A DNA stretch of 64,000 nt, from NCBI GenBank assembly GCA_000004985.1, contig GG738880.1. The stretch is one strand, 5' to 3'. Position 1 is the first letter of the stretch. The number at the start of each line of letters is the position of its first letter. Both the position numbers and the translations under genes were made by a program. Shown piece by piece: positions 23,701 to 35,700 of the stretch. This DNA is from Naegleria gruberi. Its lineage: Eukaryota. The notes beneath the pieces are model-generated. The model was given only the letters and a program-made list of their open reading frames with translations, did not search any database and had not been told where the DNA came from.

Positions 23701-26700
23701 NNNNNNNNNNNNNNNNNNNNNNNNNNNNNNNNNNNNNNNNNNNNNNNNNNNNNNNNNNNNNNNNNNNNNNNNNNNNNNNNNNNNNNNNNNNNNNNNNNNN
23801 NNNNNNNNNNNNNNNNNNNNNNNNNNNNNNNNNNNNNNNNNNNNNNNNNNNNNNNNNNNNNNNNNNNNNNNNNNNNNNNNNNNNNNNNNNNNNNNNNNNN
23901 NNNNNNNNNNNNNNNNNNNNNNNNNNNNNNNNNNNNNNNNNNNNNNNNNNNNNNNNNNNNNNNNNNNNNNNNNNNNNNNNNNNNNNNNNNNNNNNNNNNN
24001 NNNNNNNNNNNNNNNNNNNNNNNNNNNNNNNNNNNNNNNNNNNNNNNNNNNNNNNNNNNNNNNNNNNNNNNNNNNNNNNNNNNNNNNNNNNNNNNNNNNN
24101 NNNNNNNNNNNNNNNNNNNNNNNNNNNNNNNNNNNNNNNNNNNNNNNNNNNNNNNNNNNNNNNNNNNNNNNNNNNNNNNNNNNNNNNNNNNNNNNNNNNN
24201 NNNNNNNNNNNNNNNNNNNNNNNNNNNNNNNNNNNNNNNNNNNNNNNNNNNNNNNNNNNNNNNNNNNNNNNNNNNNNNNNNNNNNNNNNNNNNNNNNNNN
24301 NNNNNNNNNNNNNNNNNNNNNNNNNNNNNNNNNNNNNNNNNNNNNNNNNNNNNNNNNNNNNNNNNNNNNNNNNNNNNNNNNNNNNNNNNNNNNNNNNNNN
24401 NNNNNNNNNNNNNNNNNNNNNNNNNNNNNNNNNNNNNNNNNNNNNNNNNNNNNNNNNNNNNNNNNNNNNNNNNNNNNNNNNNNNNNNNNNNNNNNNNNNN
24501 NNNNNNNNNNNNNNNNNNNNNNNNNNNNNNNNNNNNNNNNNNNNNNNNNNNNNNNNNNNNNNNNNNNNNNNNNNNNNNNNNNNNNNNNNNNNNNNNNNNN
24601 NNNNNNNNNNNNNNNNNNNNNNNNNNNNNNNNNNNNNNNNNNNNNNNNNNNNNNNNNNNNNNNNNNNNNNNNNNNNNNNNNNNNNNNNNNNNNNNNNNNN
24701 NNNNNNNNNNNNNNNNNNNNNNNNNNNNNNNNNNNNNNNNNNNNNNNNNNNNNNNNNNNNNNNNNNNNNNNNNNNNNNNNNNNNNNNNNNNNNNNNNNNN
24801 NNNNNNNNNNNNNNNNNNNNNNNNNNNNNNNNNNNNNNNNNNNNNNNNNNNNNNNNNNNNNNNNNNNNNNNNNNNNNNNNNNNNNNNNNNNNNNNNNNNN
24901 NNNNNNNNNNNNNNNNNNNNNNNNNNNNNNNNNNNNNNNNNNNNNNNNNNNNNNNNNNNNNNNNNNNNNNNNNNNNNNNNNNNNNNNNNNNNNNNNNNNN
25001 NNNNNNNNNNNNNNNNNNNNNNNNNNNNNNNNNNNNNNNNNNNNNNNNNNNNNNNNNNNNNNNNNNNNNNNNNNNNNNNNNNNNNNNNNNNNNNNNNNNN
25101 NNNNNNNNNNNNNNNNNNNNNNNNNNNNNNNNNNNNNNNNNNNNNNNNNNNNNNNNNNNNNNNNNNNNNNNNNNNNNNNNNNNNNNNNNNNNNNNNNNNN
25201 NNNNNNNNNNNNNNNNNNNNNNNNNNNNNNNNNNNNNNNNNNNNNNNNNNNNNNNNNNNNNNNNNNNNNNNNNNNNNNNNNNNNNNNNNNNNNNNNNNNN
25301 NNNNNNNNNNNNNNNNNNNNNNNNNNNNNNNNNNNNNNNNNNNNNNNNNNNNNNNNNNNNNNNNNNNNNNNNNNNNNNNNNNNNNNNNNNNNNNNNNNNN
25401 NNNNNNNNNNNNNNNNNNNNNNNNNNNNNNNNNNNNNNNNNNNNNNNNNNNNNNNNNNNNNNNNNNNNNNNNNNNNNNNNNNNNNNNNNNNNNNNNNNNN
25501 NNNNNNNNNNNNNNNNNNNNNNNNNNNNNNNNNNNNNNNNNNNNNNNNNNNNNNNNNNNNNNNNNNNNNNNNNNNNNNNNNNNNNNNNNNNNNNNNNNNN
25601 NNNNNNNNNNNNNNNNNNNNNNNNNNNNNNNNNNNNNNNNNNNNNNNNNNNNNNNNNNNNNNNNNNNNNNNNNNNNNNNNNNNNNNNNNNNNNNNNNNNN
25701 NNNNNNNNNNNNNNNNNNNNNNNNNNNNNNNNNNNNNNNNNNNNNNNNNNNNNNNNNNNNNNNNNNNNNNNNNNNNNNNNNNNNNNNNNNNNNNNNNNNN
25801 NNNNNNNNNNNNNNNNNNNNNNNNNNNNNNNNNNNNNNNNNNNNNNNNNNNNNNNNNNNNNNNNNNNNNNNNNNNNNNNNNNNNNNNNNNNNNNNNNNNN
25901 NNNNNNNNNNNNNNNNNNNNNNNNNNNNNNNNNNNNNNNNNNNNNNNNNNNNNNNNNNNNNNNNNNNNNNNNNNNNNNNNNNNNNNNNNNNNNNNNNNNN
26001 NNNNNNNNNNNNNNNNNNNNNNNNNNNNNNNNNNNNNNNNNNNNNNNNNNNNNNNNNNNNNNNNNNNNNNNNNNNNNNNNNNNNNNNNNNNNNNNNNNNN
26101 NNNNNNNNNNNNNNNNNNNNNNNNNNNNNNNNNNNNNNNNNNNNNNNNNNNNNNNNNNNNNNNNNNNNNNNNNNNNNNNNNNNNNNNNNNNNNNNNNNNN
26201 NNNNNNNNNNNNNNNNNNNNNNNNNNNNNNNNNNNNNNNNNNNNNNNNNNNNNNNNNNNNNNNNNNNNNNNNNNNNNNNNNNNNNNNNNNNNNNNNNNNN
26301 NNNNNNNNNNNNNNNNNNNNNNNNNNNNNNNNNNNNNNNNNNNNNNNNNNNNNNNNNNNNNNNNNNNNNNNNNNNNNNNNNNNNNNNNNNNNNNNNNNNN
26401 NNNNNNNNNNNNNNNNNNNNNNNNNNNNNNNNNNNNNNNNNNNNNNNNNNNNNNNNNNNNNNNNNNNNNNNNNNNNNNNNNNNNNNNNNNNNNNNNNNNN
26501 NNNNNNNNNNNNNNNNNNNNNNNNNNNNNNNNNNNNNNNNNNNNNNNNNNNNNNNNNNNNNNNNNNNNNNNNNNNNNNNNNNNNNNNNNNNNNNNNNNNN
26601 NNNNNNNNNNNNNNNNNNNNNNNNNNNNNNNNNNNNNNNNNNNNNNNNNNNNNNNNNNNNNNNNNNNNNNNNNNNNNNNNNNNNNNNNNNNNNNNNNNNN

Positions 26701-29700
26701 NNNNNNNNNNNNNNNNNNNNNNNNNNNNNNNNNNNNNNNNNNNNNNNNNNNNNNNNNNNNNNNNNNNNNNNNNNNNNNNNNNNNNNNNNNNNNNNNNNNN
26801 NNNNNNNNNNNNNNNNNNNNNNNNNNNNNNNNNNNNNNNNNNNNNNNNNNNNNNNNNNNNNNNNNNNNNNNNNNNNNNNNNNNNNNNNNNNNNNNNNNNN
26901 NNNNNNNNNNNNNNNNNNNNNNNNNNNNNNNNNNNNNNNNNNNNNNNNNNNNNNNNNNNNNNNNNNNNNNNNNNNNNNNNNNNNNNNNNNNNNNNNNNNN
27001 NNNNNNNNNNNNNNNNNNNNNNNNNNNNNNNNNNNNNNNNNNNNNNNNNNNNNNNNNNNNNNNNNNNNNNNNNNNNNNNNNNNNNNNNNNNNNNNNNNNN
27101 NNNNNNNNNNNNNNNNNNNNNNNNNNNNNNNNNNNNNNNNNNNNNNNNNNNNNNNNNNNNNNNNNNNNNNNNNNNNNNNNNNNNNNNNNNNNNNNNNNNN
27201 NNNNNNNNNNNNNNNNNNNNNNNNNNNNNNNNNNNNNNNNNNNNNNNNNNNNNNNNNNNNNNNNNNNNNNNNNNNNNNNNNNNNNNNNNNNNNNNNNNNN
27301 NNNNNNNNNNNNNNNNNNNNNNNNNNNNNNNNNNNNNNNNNNNNNNNNNNNNNNNNNNNNNNNNNNNNNNNNNNNNNNNNNNNNNNNNNNNNNNNNNNNN
27401 NNNNNNNNNNNNNNNNNNNNNNNNNNNNNNNNNNNNNNNNNNNNNNNNNNNNNNNNNNNNNNNNNNNNNNNNNNNNNNNNNNNNNNNNNNNNNNNNNNNN
27501 NNNNNNNNNNNNNNNNNNNNNNNNNNNNNNNNNNNNNNNNNNNNNNNNNNNNNNNNNNNNNNNNNNNNNNNNNNNNNNNNNNNNNNNNNNNNNNNNNNNN
27601 NNNNNNNNNNNNNNNNNNNNNNNNNNNNNNNNNNNNNNNNNNNNNNNNNNNNNNNNNNNNNNNNNNNNNNNNNNNNNNNNNNNNNNNNNNNNNNNNNNNN
27701 NNNNNNNNNNNNNNNNNNNNNNNNNNNNNNNNNNNNNNNNNNNNNNNNNNNNNNNNNNNNNNNNNNNNNNNNNNNNNNNNNNNNNNNNNNNNNNNNNNNN
27801 NNNNNNNNNNNNNNNNNNNNNNNNNNNNNNNNNNNNNNNNNNNNNNNNNNNNNNNNNNNNNNNNNNNNNNNNNNNNNNNNNNNNNNNNNNNNNNNNNNNN
27901 NNNNNNNNNNNNNNNNNNNNNNNNNNNNNNNNNNNNNNNNNNNNNNNNNNNNNNNNNNNNNNNNNNNNNNNNNNNNNNNNNNNNNNNNNNNNNNNNNNNN
28001 NNNNNNNNNNNNNNNNNNNNNNNNNNNNNNNNNNNNNNNNNNNNNNNNNNNNNNNNNNNNNNNNNNNNNNNNNNNNNNNNNNNNNNNNNNNNNNNNNNNN
28101 NNNNNNNNNNNNNNNNNNNNNNNNNNNNNNNNNNNNNNNNNNNNNNNNNNNNNNNNNNNNNNNNNNNNNNNNNNNNNNNNNNNNNNNNNNNNNNNNNNNN
28201 NNNNNNNNNNNNNNNNNNNNNNNNNNNNNNNNNNNNNNNNNNNNNNNNNNNNNNNNNNNNNNNNNNNNNNNNNNNNNNNNNNNNNNNNNNNNNNNNNNNN
28301 NNNNNNNNNNNNNNNNNNNNNNNNNNNNNNNNNNNNNNNNNNNNNNNNNNNNNNNNNNNNNNNNNNNNNNNNNNNNNNNNNNNNNNNNNNNNNNNNNNNN
28401 NNNNNNNNNNNNNNNNNNNNNNNNNNNNNNNNNNNNNNNNNNNNNNNNNNNNNNNNNNNNNNNNNNNNNNNNNNNNNNNNNNNNNNNNNNNNNNNNNNNN
28501 NNNNNNNNNNNNNNNNNNNNNNNNNNNNNNNNNNNNNNNNNNNNNNNNNNNNNNNNNNNNNNNNNNNNNNNNNNNNNNNNNNNNNNNNNNNNNNNNNNNN
28601 NNNNNNNNNNNNNNNNNNNNNNNNNNNNNNNNNNNNNNNNNNNNNNNNNNNNNNNNNNNNNNNNNNNNNNNNNNNNNNNNNNNNNNNNNNNNNNNNNNNN
28701 NNNNNNNNNNNNNNNNNNNNNNNNNNNNNNNNNNNNNNNNNNNNNNNNNNNNNNNNNNNNNNNNNNNNNNNNNNNNNNNNNNNNNNNNNNNNNNNNNNNN
28801 NNNNNNNNNNNNNNNNNNNNNNNNNNNNNNNNNNNNNNNNNNNNNNNNNNNNNNNNNNNNNNNNNNNNNNNNNNNNNNNNNNNNNNNNNNNNNNNNNNNN
28901 NNNNNNNNNNNNNNNNNNNNNNNNNNNNNNNNNNNNNNNNNNNNNNNNNNNNNNNNNNNNNNNNNNNNNNNNNNNNNNNNNNNNNNNNNNNNNNNNNNNN
29001 NNNNNNNNNNNNNNNNNNNNNNNNNNNNNNNNNNNNNNNNNNNNNNNNNNNNNNNNNNNNNNNNNNNNNNNNNNNNNNNNNNNNNNNNNNNNNNNNNNNN
29101 NNNNNNNNNNNNNNNNNNNNNNNNNNNNNNNNNNNNNNNNNNNNNNNNNNNNNNNNNNNNNNNNNNNNNNNNNNNNNNNNNNNNNNNNNNNNNNNNNNNN
29201 NNNNNNNNNNNNNNNNNNNNNNNNNNNNNNNNNNNNNNNNNNNNNNNNNNNNNNNNNNNNNNNNNNNNNNNNNNNNNNNNNNNNNNNNNNNNNNNNNNNN
29301 NNNNNNNNNNNNNNNNNNNNNNNNNNNNNNNNNNNNNNNNNNNNNNNNNNNNNNNNNNNNNNNNNNNNNNNNNNNNNNNNNNNNNNNNNNNNNNNNNNNN
29401 NNNNNNNNNNNNNNNNNNNNNNNNNNNNNNNNNNNNNNNNNNNNNNNNNNNNNNNNNNNNNNNNNNNNNNNNNNNNNNNNNNNNNNNNNNNNNNNNNNNN
29501 NNNNNNNNNNNNNNNNNNNNNNNNNNNNNNNNNNNNNNNNNNNNNNNNNNNNNNNNNNNNNNNNNNNNNNNNNNNNNNNNNNNNNNNNNNNNNNNNNNNN
29601 NNNNNNNNNNNNNNNNNNNNNNNNNNNNNNNNNNNNNNNNNNNNNNNNNNNNNNNNNNNNNNNNNNNNNNNNNNNNNNNNNNNNNNNNNNNNNNNNNNNN

Positions 29701-32700
29701 NNNNNNNNNNNNNNNNNNNNNNNNNNNNNNNNNNNNNNNNNNNNNNNNNNNNNNNNNNNNNNNNNNNNNNNNNNNNNNNNNNNNNNNNNNNNNNNNNNNN
29801 NNNNNNNNNNNNNNNNNNNNNNNNNNNNNNNNNNNNNNNNNNNNNNNNNNNNNNNNNNNNNNNNNNNNNNNNNNNNNNNNNNNNNNNNNNNNNNNNNNNN
29901 NNNNNNNNNNNNNNNNNNNNNNNNNNNNNNNNNNNNNNNNNNNNNNNNNNNNNNNNNNNNNNNNNNNNNNNNNNNNNNNNNNNNNNNNNNNNNNNNNNNN
30001 NNNNNNNNNNNNNNNNNNNNNNNNNNNNNNNNNNNNNNNNNNNNNNNNNNNNNNNNNNNNNNNNNNNNNNNNNNNNNNNNNNNNNNNNNNNNNNNNNNNN
30101 NNNNNNNNNNNNNNNNNNNNNNNNNNNNNNNNNNNNNNNNNNNNNNNNNNNNNNNNNNNNNNNNNNNNNNNNNNNNNNNNNNNNNNNNNNNNNNNNNNNN
30201 NNNNNNNNNNNNNNNNNNNNNNNNNNNNNNNNNNNNNNNNNNNNNNNNNNNNNNNNNNNNNNNNNNNNNNNNNNNNNNNNNNNNNNNNNNNNNNNNNNNN
30301 NNNNNNNNNNNNNNNNNNNNNNNNNNNNNNNNNNNNNNNNNNNNNNNNNNNNNNNNNNNNNNNNNNNNNNNNNNNNNNNNNNNNNNNNNNNNNNNNNNNN
30401 NNNNNNNNNNNNNNNNNNNNNNNNNNNNNNNNNNNNNNNNNNNNNNNNNNNNNNNNNNNNNNNNNNNNNNNNNNNNNNNNNNNNNNNNNNNNNNNNNNNN
30501 NNNNNNNNNNNNNNNNNNNNNNNNNNNNNNNNNNNNNNNNNNNNNNNNNNNNNNNNNNNNNNNNNNNNNNNNNNNNNNNNNNNNNNNNNNNNNNNNNNNN
30601 NNNNNNNNNNNNNNNNNNNNNNNNNNNNNNNNNNNNNNNNNNNNNNNNNNNNNNNNNNNNNNNNNNNNNNNNNNNNNNNNNNNNNNNNNNNNNNNNNNNN
30701 NNNNNNNNNNNNNNNNNNNNNNNNNNNNNNNNNNNNNNNNNNNNNNNNNNNNNNNNNNNNNNNNNNNNNNNNNNNNNNNNNNNNNNNNNNNNNNNNNNNN
30801 NNNNNNNNNNNNNNNNNNNNNNNNNNNNNNNNNNNNNNNNNNNNNNNNNNNNNNNNNNNNNNNNNNNNNNNNNNNNNNNNNNNNNNNNNNNNNNNNNNNN
30901 NNNNNNNNNNNNNNNNNNNNNNNNNNNNNNNNNNNNNNNNNNNNNNNNNNNNNNNNNNNNNNNNNNNNNNNNNNNNNNNNNNNNNNNNNNNNNNNNNNNN
31001 NNNNNNNNNNNNNNNNNNNNNNNNNNNNNNNNNNNNNNNNNNNNNNNNNNNNNNNNNNNNNNNNNNNNNNNNNNNNNNNNNNNNNNNNNNNNNNNNNNNN
31101 NNNNNNNNNNNNNNNNNNNNNNNNNNNNNNNNNNNNNNNNNNNNNNNNNNNNNNNNNNNNNNNNNNNNNNNNNNNNNNNNNNNNNNNNNNNNNNNNNNNN
31201 NNNNNNNNNNNNNNNNNNNNNNNNNNNNNNNNNNNNNNNNNNNNNNNNNNNNNNNNNNNNNNNNNNNNNNNNNNNNNNNNNNNNNNNNNNNNNNNNNNNN
31301 NNNNNNNNNNNNNNNNNNNNNNNNNNNNNNNNNNNNNNNNNNNNNNNNNNNNNNNNNNNNNNNNNNNNNNNNNNNNNNNNNNNNNNNNNNNNNNNNNNNN
31401 NNNNNNNNNNNNNNNNNNNNNNNNNNNNNNNNNNNNNNNNNNNNNNNNNNNNNNNNNNNNNNNNNNNNNNNNNNNNNNNNNNNNNNNNNNNNNNNNNNNN
31501 NNNNNNNNNNNNNNNNNNNNNNNNNNNNNNNNNNNNNNNNNNNNNNNNNNNNNNNNNNNNNNNNNNNNNNNNNNNNNNNNNNNNNNNNNNNNNNNNNNNN
31601 NNNNNNNNNNNNNNNNNNNNNNNNNNNNNNNNNNNNNNNNNNNNNNNNNNNNNNNNNNNNNNNNNNNNNNNNNNNNNNNNNNNNNNNNNNNNNNNNNNNN
31701 NNNNNNNNNNNNNNNNNNNNNNNNNNNNNNNNNNNNNNNNNNNNNNNNNNNNNNNNNNNNNNNNNNNNNNNNNNNNNNNNNNNNNNNNNNNNNNNNNNNN
31801 NNNNNNNNNNNNNNNNNNNNNNNNNNNNNNNNNNNNNNNNNNNNNNNNNNNNNNNNNNNNNNNNNNNNNNNNNNNNNNNNNNNNNNNNNNNNNNNNNNNN
31901 NNNNNNNNNNNNNNNNNNNNNNNNNNNNNNNNNNNNNNNNNNNNNNNNNNNNNNNNNNNNNNNNNNNNNNNNNNNNNNNNNNNNNNNNNNNNNNNNNNNN
32001 NNNNNNNNNNNNNNNNNNNNNNNNNNNNNNNNNNNNNNNNNNNNNNNNNNNNNNNNNNNNNNNNNNNNNNNNNNNNNNNNNNNNNNNNNNNNNNNNNNNN
32101 NNNNNNNNNNNNNNNNNNNNNNNNNNNNNNNNNNNNNNNNNNNNNNNNNNNNNNNNNNNNNNNNNNNNNNNNNNNNNNNNNNNNNNNNNNNNNNNNNNNN
32201 NNNNNNNNNNNNNNNNNNNNNNNNNNNNNNNNNNNNNNNNNNNNNNNNNNNNNNNNNNNNNNNNNNNNNNNNNNNNNNNNNNNNNNNNNNNNNNNNNNNN
32301 NNNNNNNNNNNNNNNNNNNNNNNNNNNNNNNNNNNNNNNNNNNNNNNNNNNNNNNNNNNNNNNNNNNNNNNNNNNNNNNNNNNNNNNNNNNNNNNNNNNN
32401 NNNNNNNNNNNNNNNNNNNNNNNNNNNNNNNNNNNNNNNNNNNNNNNNNNNNNNNNNNNNNNNNNNNNNNNNNNNNNNNNNNNNNNNNNNNNNNNNNNNN
32501 NNNNNNNNNNNNNNNNNNNNNNNNNNNNNNNNNNNNNNNNNNNNNNNNNNNNNNNNNNNNNNNNNNNNNNNNNNNNNNNNNNNNNNNNNNNNNNNNNNNN
32601 NNNNNNNNNNNNNNNNNNNNNNNNNNNNNNNNNNNNNNNNNNNNNNNNNNNNNNNNNNNNNNNNNNNNNNNNNNNNNNNNNNNNNNNNNNNNNNNNNNNN

Positions 32701-35700
32701 NNNNNNNNNNNNNNNNNNNNNNNNNNNNNNNNNNNNNNNNNNNNNNNNNNNNNNNNNNNNNNNNNNNNNNNNNNNNNNNNNNNNNNNNNNNNNNNNNNNN
32801 NNNNNNNNNNNNNNNNNNNNNNNNNNNNNNNNNNNNNNNNNNNNNNNNNNNNNNNNNNNNNNNNNNNNNNNNNNNNNNNNNNNNNNNNNNNNNNNNNNNN
32901 NNNNNNNNNNNNNNNNNNNNNNNNNNNNNNNNNNNNNNNNNNNNNNNNNNNNNNNNNNNNNNNNNNNNNNNNNNNNNNNNNNNNNNNNNNNNNNNNNNNN
33001 NNNNNNNNNNNNNNNNNNNNNNNNNNNNNNNNNNNNNNNNNNNNNNNNNNNNNNNNNNNNNNNNNNNNNNNNNNNNNNNNNNNNNNNNNNNNNNNNNNNN
33101 NNNNNNNNNNNNNNNNNNNNNNNNNNNNNNNNNNNNNNNNNNNNNNNNNNNNNNNNNNNNNNNNNNNNNNNNNNNNNNNNNNNNNNNNNNNNNNNNNNNN
33201 NNNNNNNNNNNNNNNNNNNNNNNNNNNNNNNNNNNNNNNNNNNNNNNNNNNNNNNNNNNNNNNNNNNNNNNNNNNNNNNNNNNNNNNNNNNNNNNNNNNN
33301 NNNNNNNNNNNNNNNNNNNNNNNNNNNNNNNNNNNNNNNNNNNNNNNNNNNNNNNNNNNNNNNNNNNNNNNNNNNNNNNNNNNNNNNNNNNNNNNNNNNN
33401 NNNNNNNNNNNNNNNNNNNNNNNNNNNNNNNNNNNNNNNNNNNNNNNNNNNNNNNNNNNNNNNNNNNNNNNNNNNNNNNNNNNNNNNNNNNNNNNNNNNN
33501 NNNNNNNNNNNNNNNNNNNNNNNNNNNNNNNNNNNNNNNNNNNNNNNNNNNNNNNNNNNNNNNNNNNNNNNNNNNNNNNNNNNNNNNNNNNNNNNNNNNN
33601 NNNNNNNNNNNNNNNNNNNNNNNNNNNNNNNNNNNNNNNNNNNNNNNNNNNNNNNNNNNNNNNNNNNNNNNNNNNNNNNNNNNNNNNNNNNNNNNNNNNN
33701 NNNNNNNNNNNNNNNNNNNNNNNNNNNNNNNNNNNNNNNNNNNNNNNNNNNNNNNNNNNNNNNNNNNNNNNNNNNNNNNNNNNNNNNNNNNNNNNNNNNN
33801 NNNNNNNNNNNNNNNNNNNNNNNNNNNNNNNNNNNNNNNNNNNNNNNNNNNNNNNNNNNNNNNNNNNNNNNNNNNNNNNNNNNNNNNNNNNNNNNNNNNN
33901 NNNNNNNNNNNNNNNNNNNNNNNNNNNNNNNNNNNNNNNNNNNNNNNNNNNNNNNNNNNNNNNNNNNNNNNNNNNNNNNNNNNNNNNNNNNNNNNNNNNN
34001 NNNNNNNNNNNNNNNNNNNNNNNNNNNNNNNNNNNNNNNNNNNNNNNNNNNNNNNNNNNNNNNNNNNNNNNNNNNNNNNNNNNNNNNNNNNNNNNNNNNN
34101 NNNNNNNNNNNNNNNNNNNNNNNNNNNNNNNNNNNNNNNNNNNNNNNNNNNNNNNNNNNNNNNNNNNNNNNNNNNNNNNNNNNNNNNNNNNNNNNNNNNN
34201 NNNNNNNNNNNNNNNNNNNNNNNNNNNNNNNNNNNNNNNNNNNNNNNNNNNNNNNNNNNNNNNNNNNNNNNNNNNNNNNNNNNNNNNNNNNNNNNNNNNN
34301 NNNNNNNNNNNNNNNNNNNNNNNNNNNNNNNNNNNNNNNNNNNNNNNNNNNNNNNNNNNNNNNNNNNNNNNNNNNNNNNNNNNNNNNNNNNNNNNNNNNN
34401 NNNNNNNNNNNNNNNNNNNNNNNNNNNNNNNNNNNNNNNNNNNNNNNNNNNNNNNNNNNNNNNNNNNNNNNNNNNNNNNNNNNNNNNNNNNNNNNNNNNN
34501 NNNNNNNNNNNNNNNNNNNNNNNNNNNNNNNNNNNNNNNNNNNNNNNNNNNNNNNNNNNNNNNNNNNNNNNNNNNNNNNNNNNNNNNNNNNNNNNNNNNN
34601 NNNNNNNNNNNNNNNNNNNNNNNNNNNNNNNNNNNNNNNNNNNNNNNNNNNNNNNNNNNNNNNNNNNNNNNNNNNNNNNNNNNNNNNNNNNNNNNNNNNN
34701 NNNNNNNNNNNNNNNNNNNNNNNNNNNNNNNNNNNNNNNNNNNNNNNNNNNNNNNNNNNNNNNNNNNNNNNNNNNNNNNNNNNNNNNNNNNNNNNNNNNN
34801 NNNNNNNNNNNNNNNNNNNNNNNNNNNNNNNNNNNNNNNNNNNNNNNNNNNNNNNNNNNNNNNNNNNNNNNNNNNNNNNNNNNNNNNNNNNNNNNNNNNN
34901 NNNNNNNNNNNNNNNNNNNNNNNNNNNNNNNNNNNNNNNNNNNNNNNNNNNNNNNNNNNNNNNNNNNNNNNNNNNNNNNNNNNNNNNNNNNNNNNNNNNN
35001 NNNNNNNNNNNNNNNNNNNNNNNNNNNNNNNNNNNNNNNNNNNNNNNNNNNNNNNNNNNNNNNNNNNNNNNNNNNNNNNNNNNNNNNNNNNNNNNNNNNN
35101 NNNNNNNNNNNNNNNNNNNNNNNNNNNNNNNNNNNNNNNNNNNNNNNNNNNNNNNNNNNNNNNNNNNNNNNNNNNNNNNNNNNNNNNNNNNNNNNNNNNN
35201 NNNNNNNNNNNNNNNNNNNNNNNNNNNNNNNNNNNNNNNNNNNNNNNNNNNNNNNNNNNNNNNNNNNNNNNNNNNNNNNNNNNNNNNNNNNNNNNNNNNN
35301 NNNNNNNNNNNNNNNNNNNNNNNNNNNNNNNNNNNNNNNNNNNNNNNNNNNNNNNNNNNNNNNNNNNNNNNNNNNNNNNNNNNNNNNNNNNNNNNNNNNN
35401 NNNNNNNNNNNNNNNNNNNNNNNNNNNNNNNNNNNNNNNNNNNNNNNNNNNNNNNNNNNNNNNNNNNNNNNNNNNNNNNNNNNNNNNNNNNNNNNNNNNN
35501 NNNNNNNNNNNNNNNNNNNNNNNNNNNNNNNNNNNNNNNNNNNNNNNNNNNNNNNNNNNNNNNNNNNNNNNNNNNNNNNNNNNNNNNNNNNNNNNNNNNN
35601 NNNNNNNNNNNNNNNNNNNNNNNNNNNNNNNNNNNNNNNNNNNNNNNNNNNNNNNNNNNNNNNNNNNNNNNNNNNNNNNNNNNNNNNNNNNNNNNNNNNN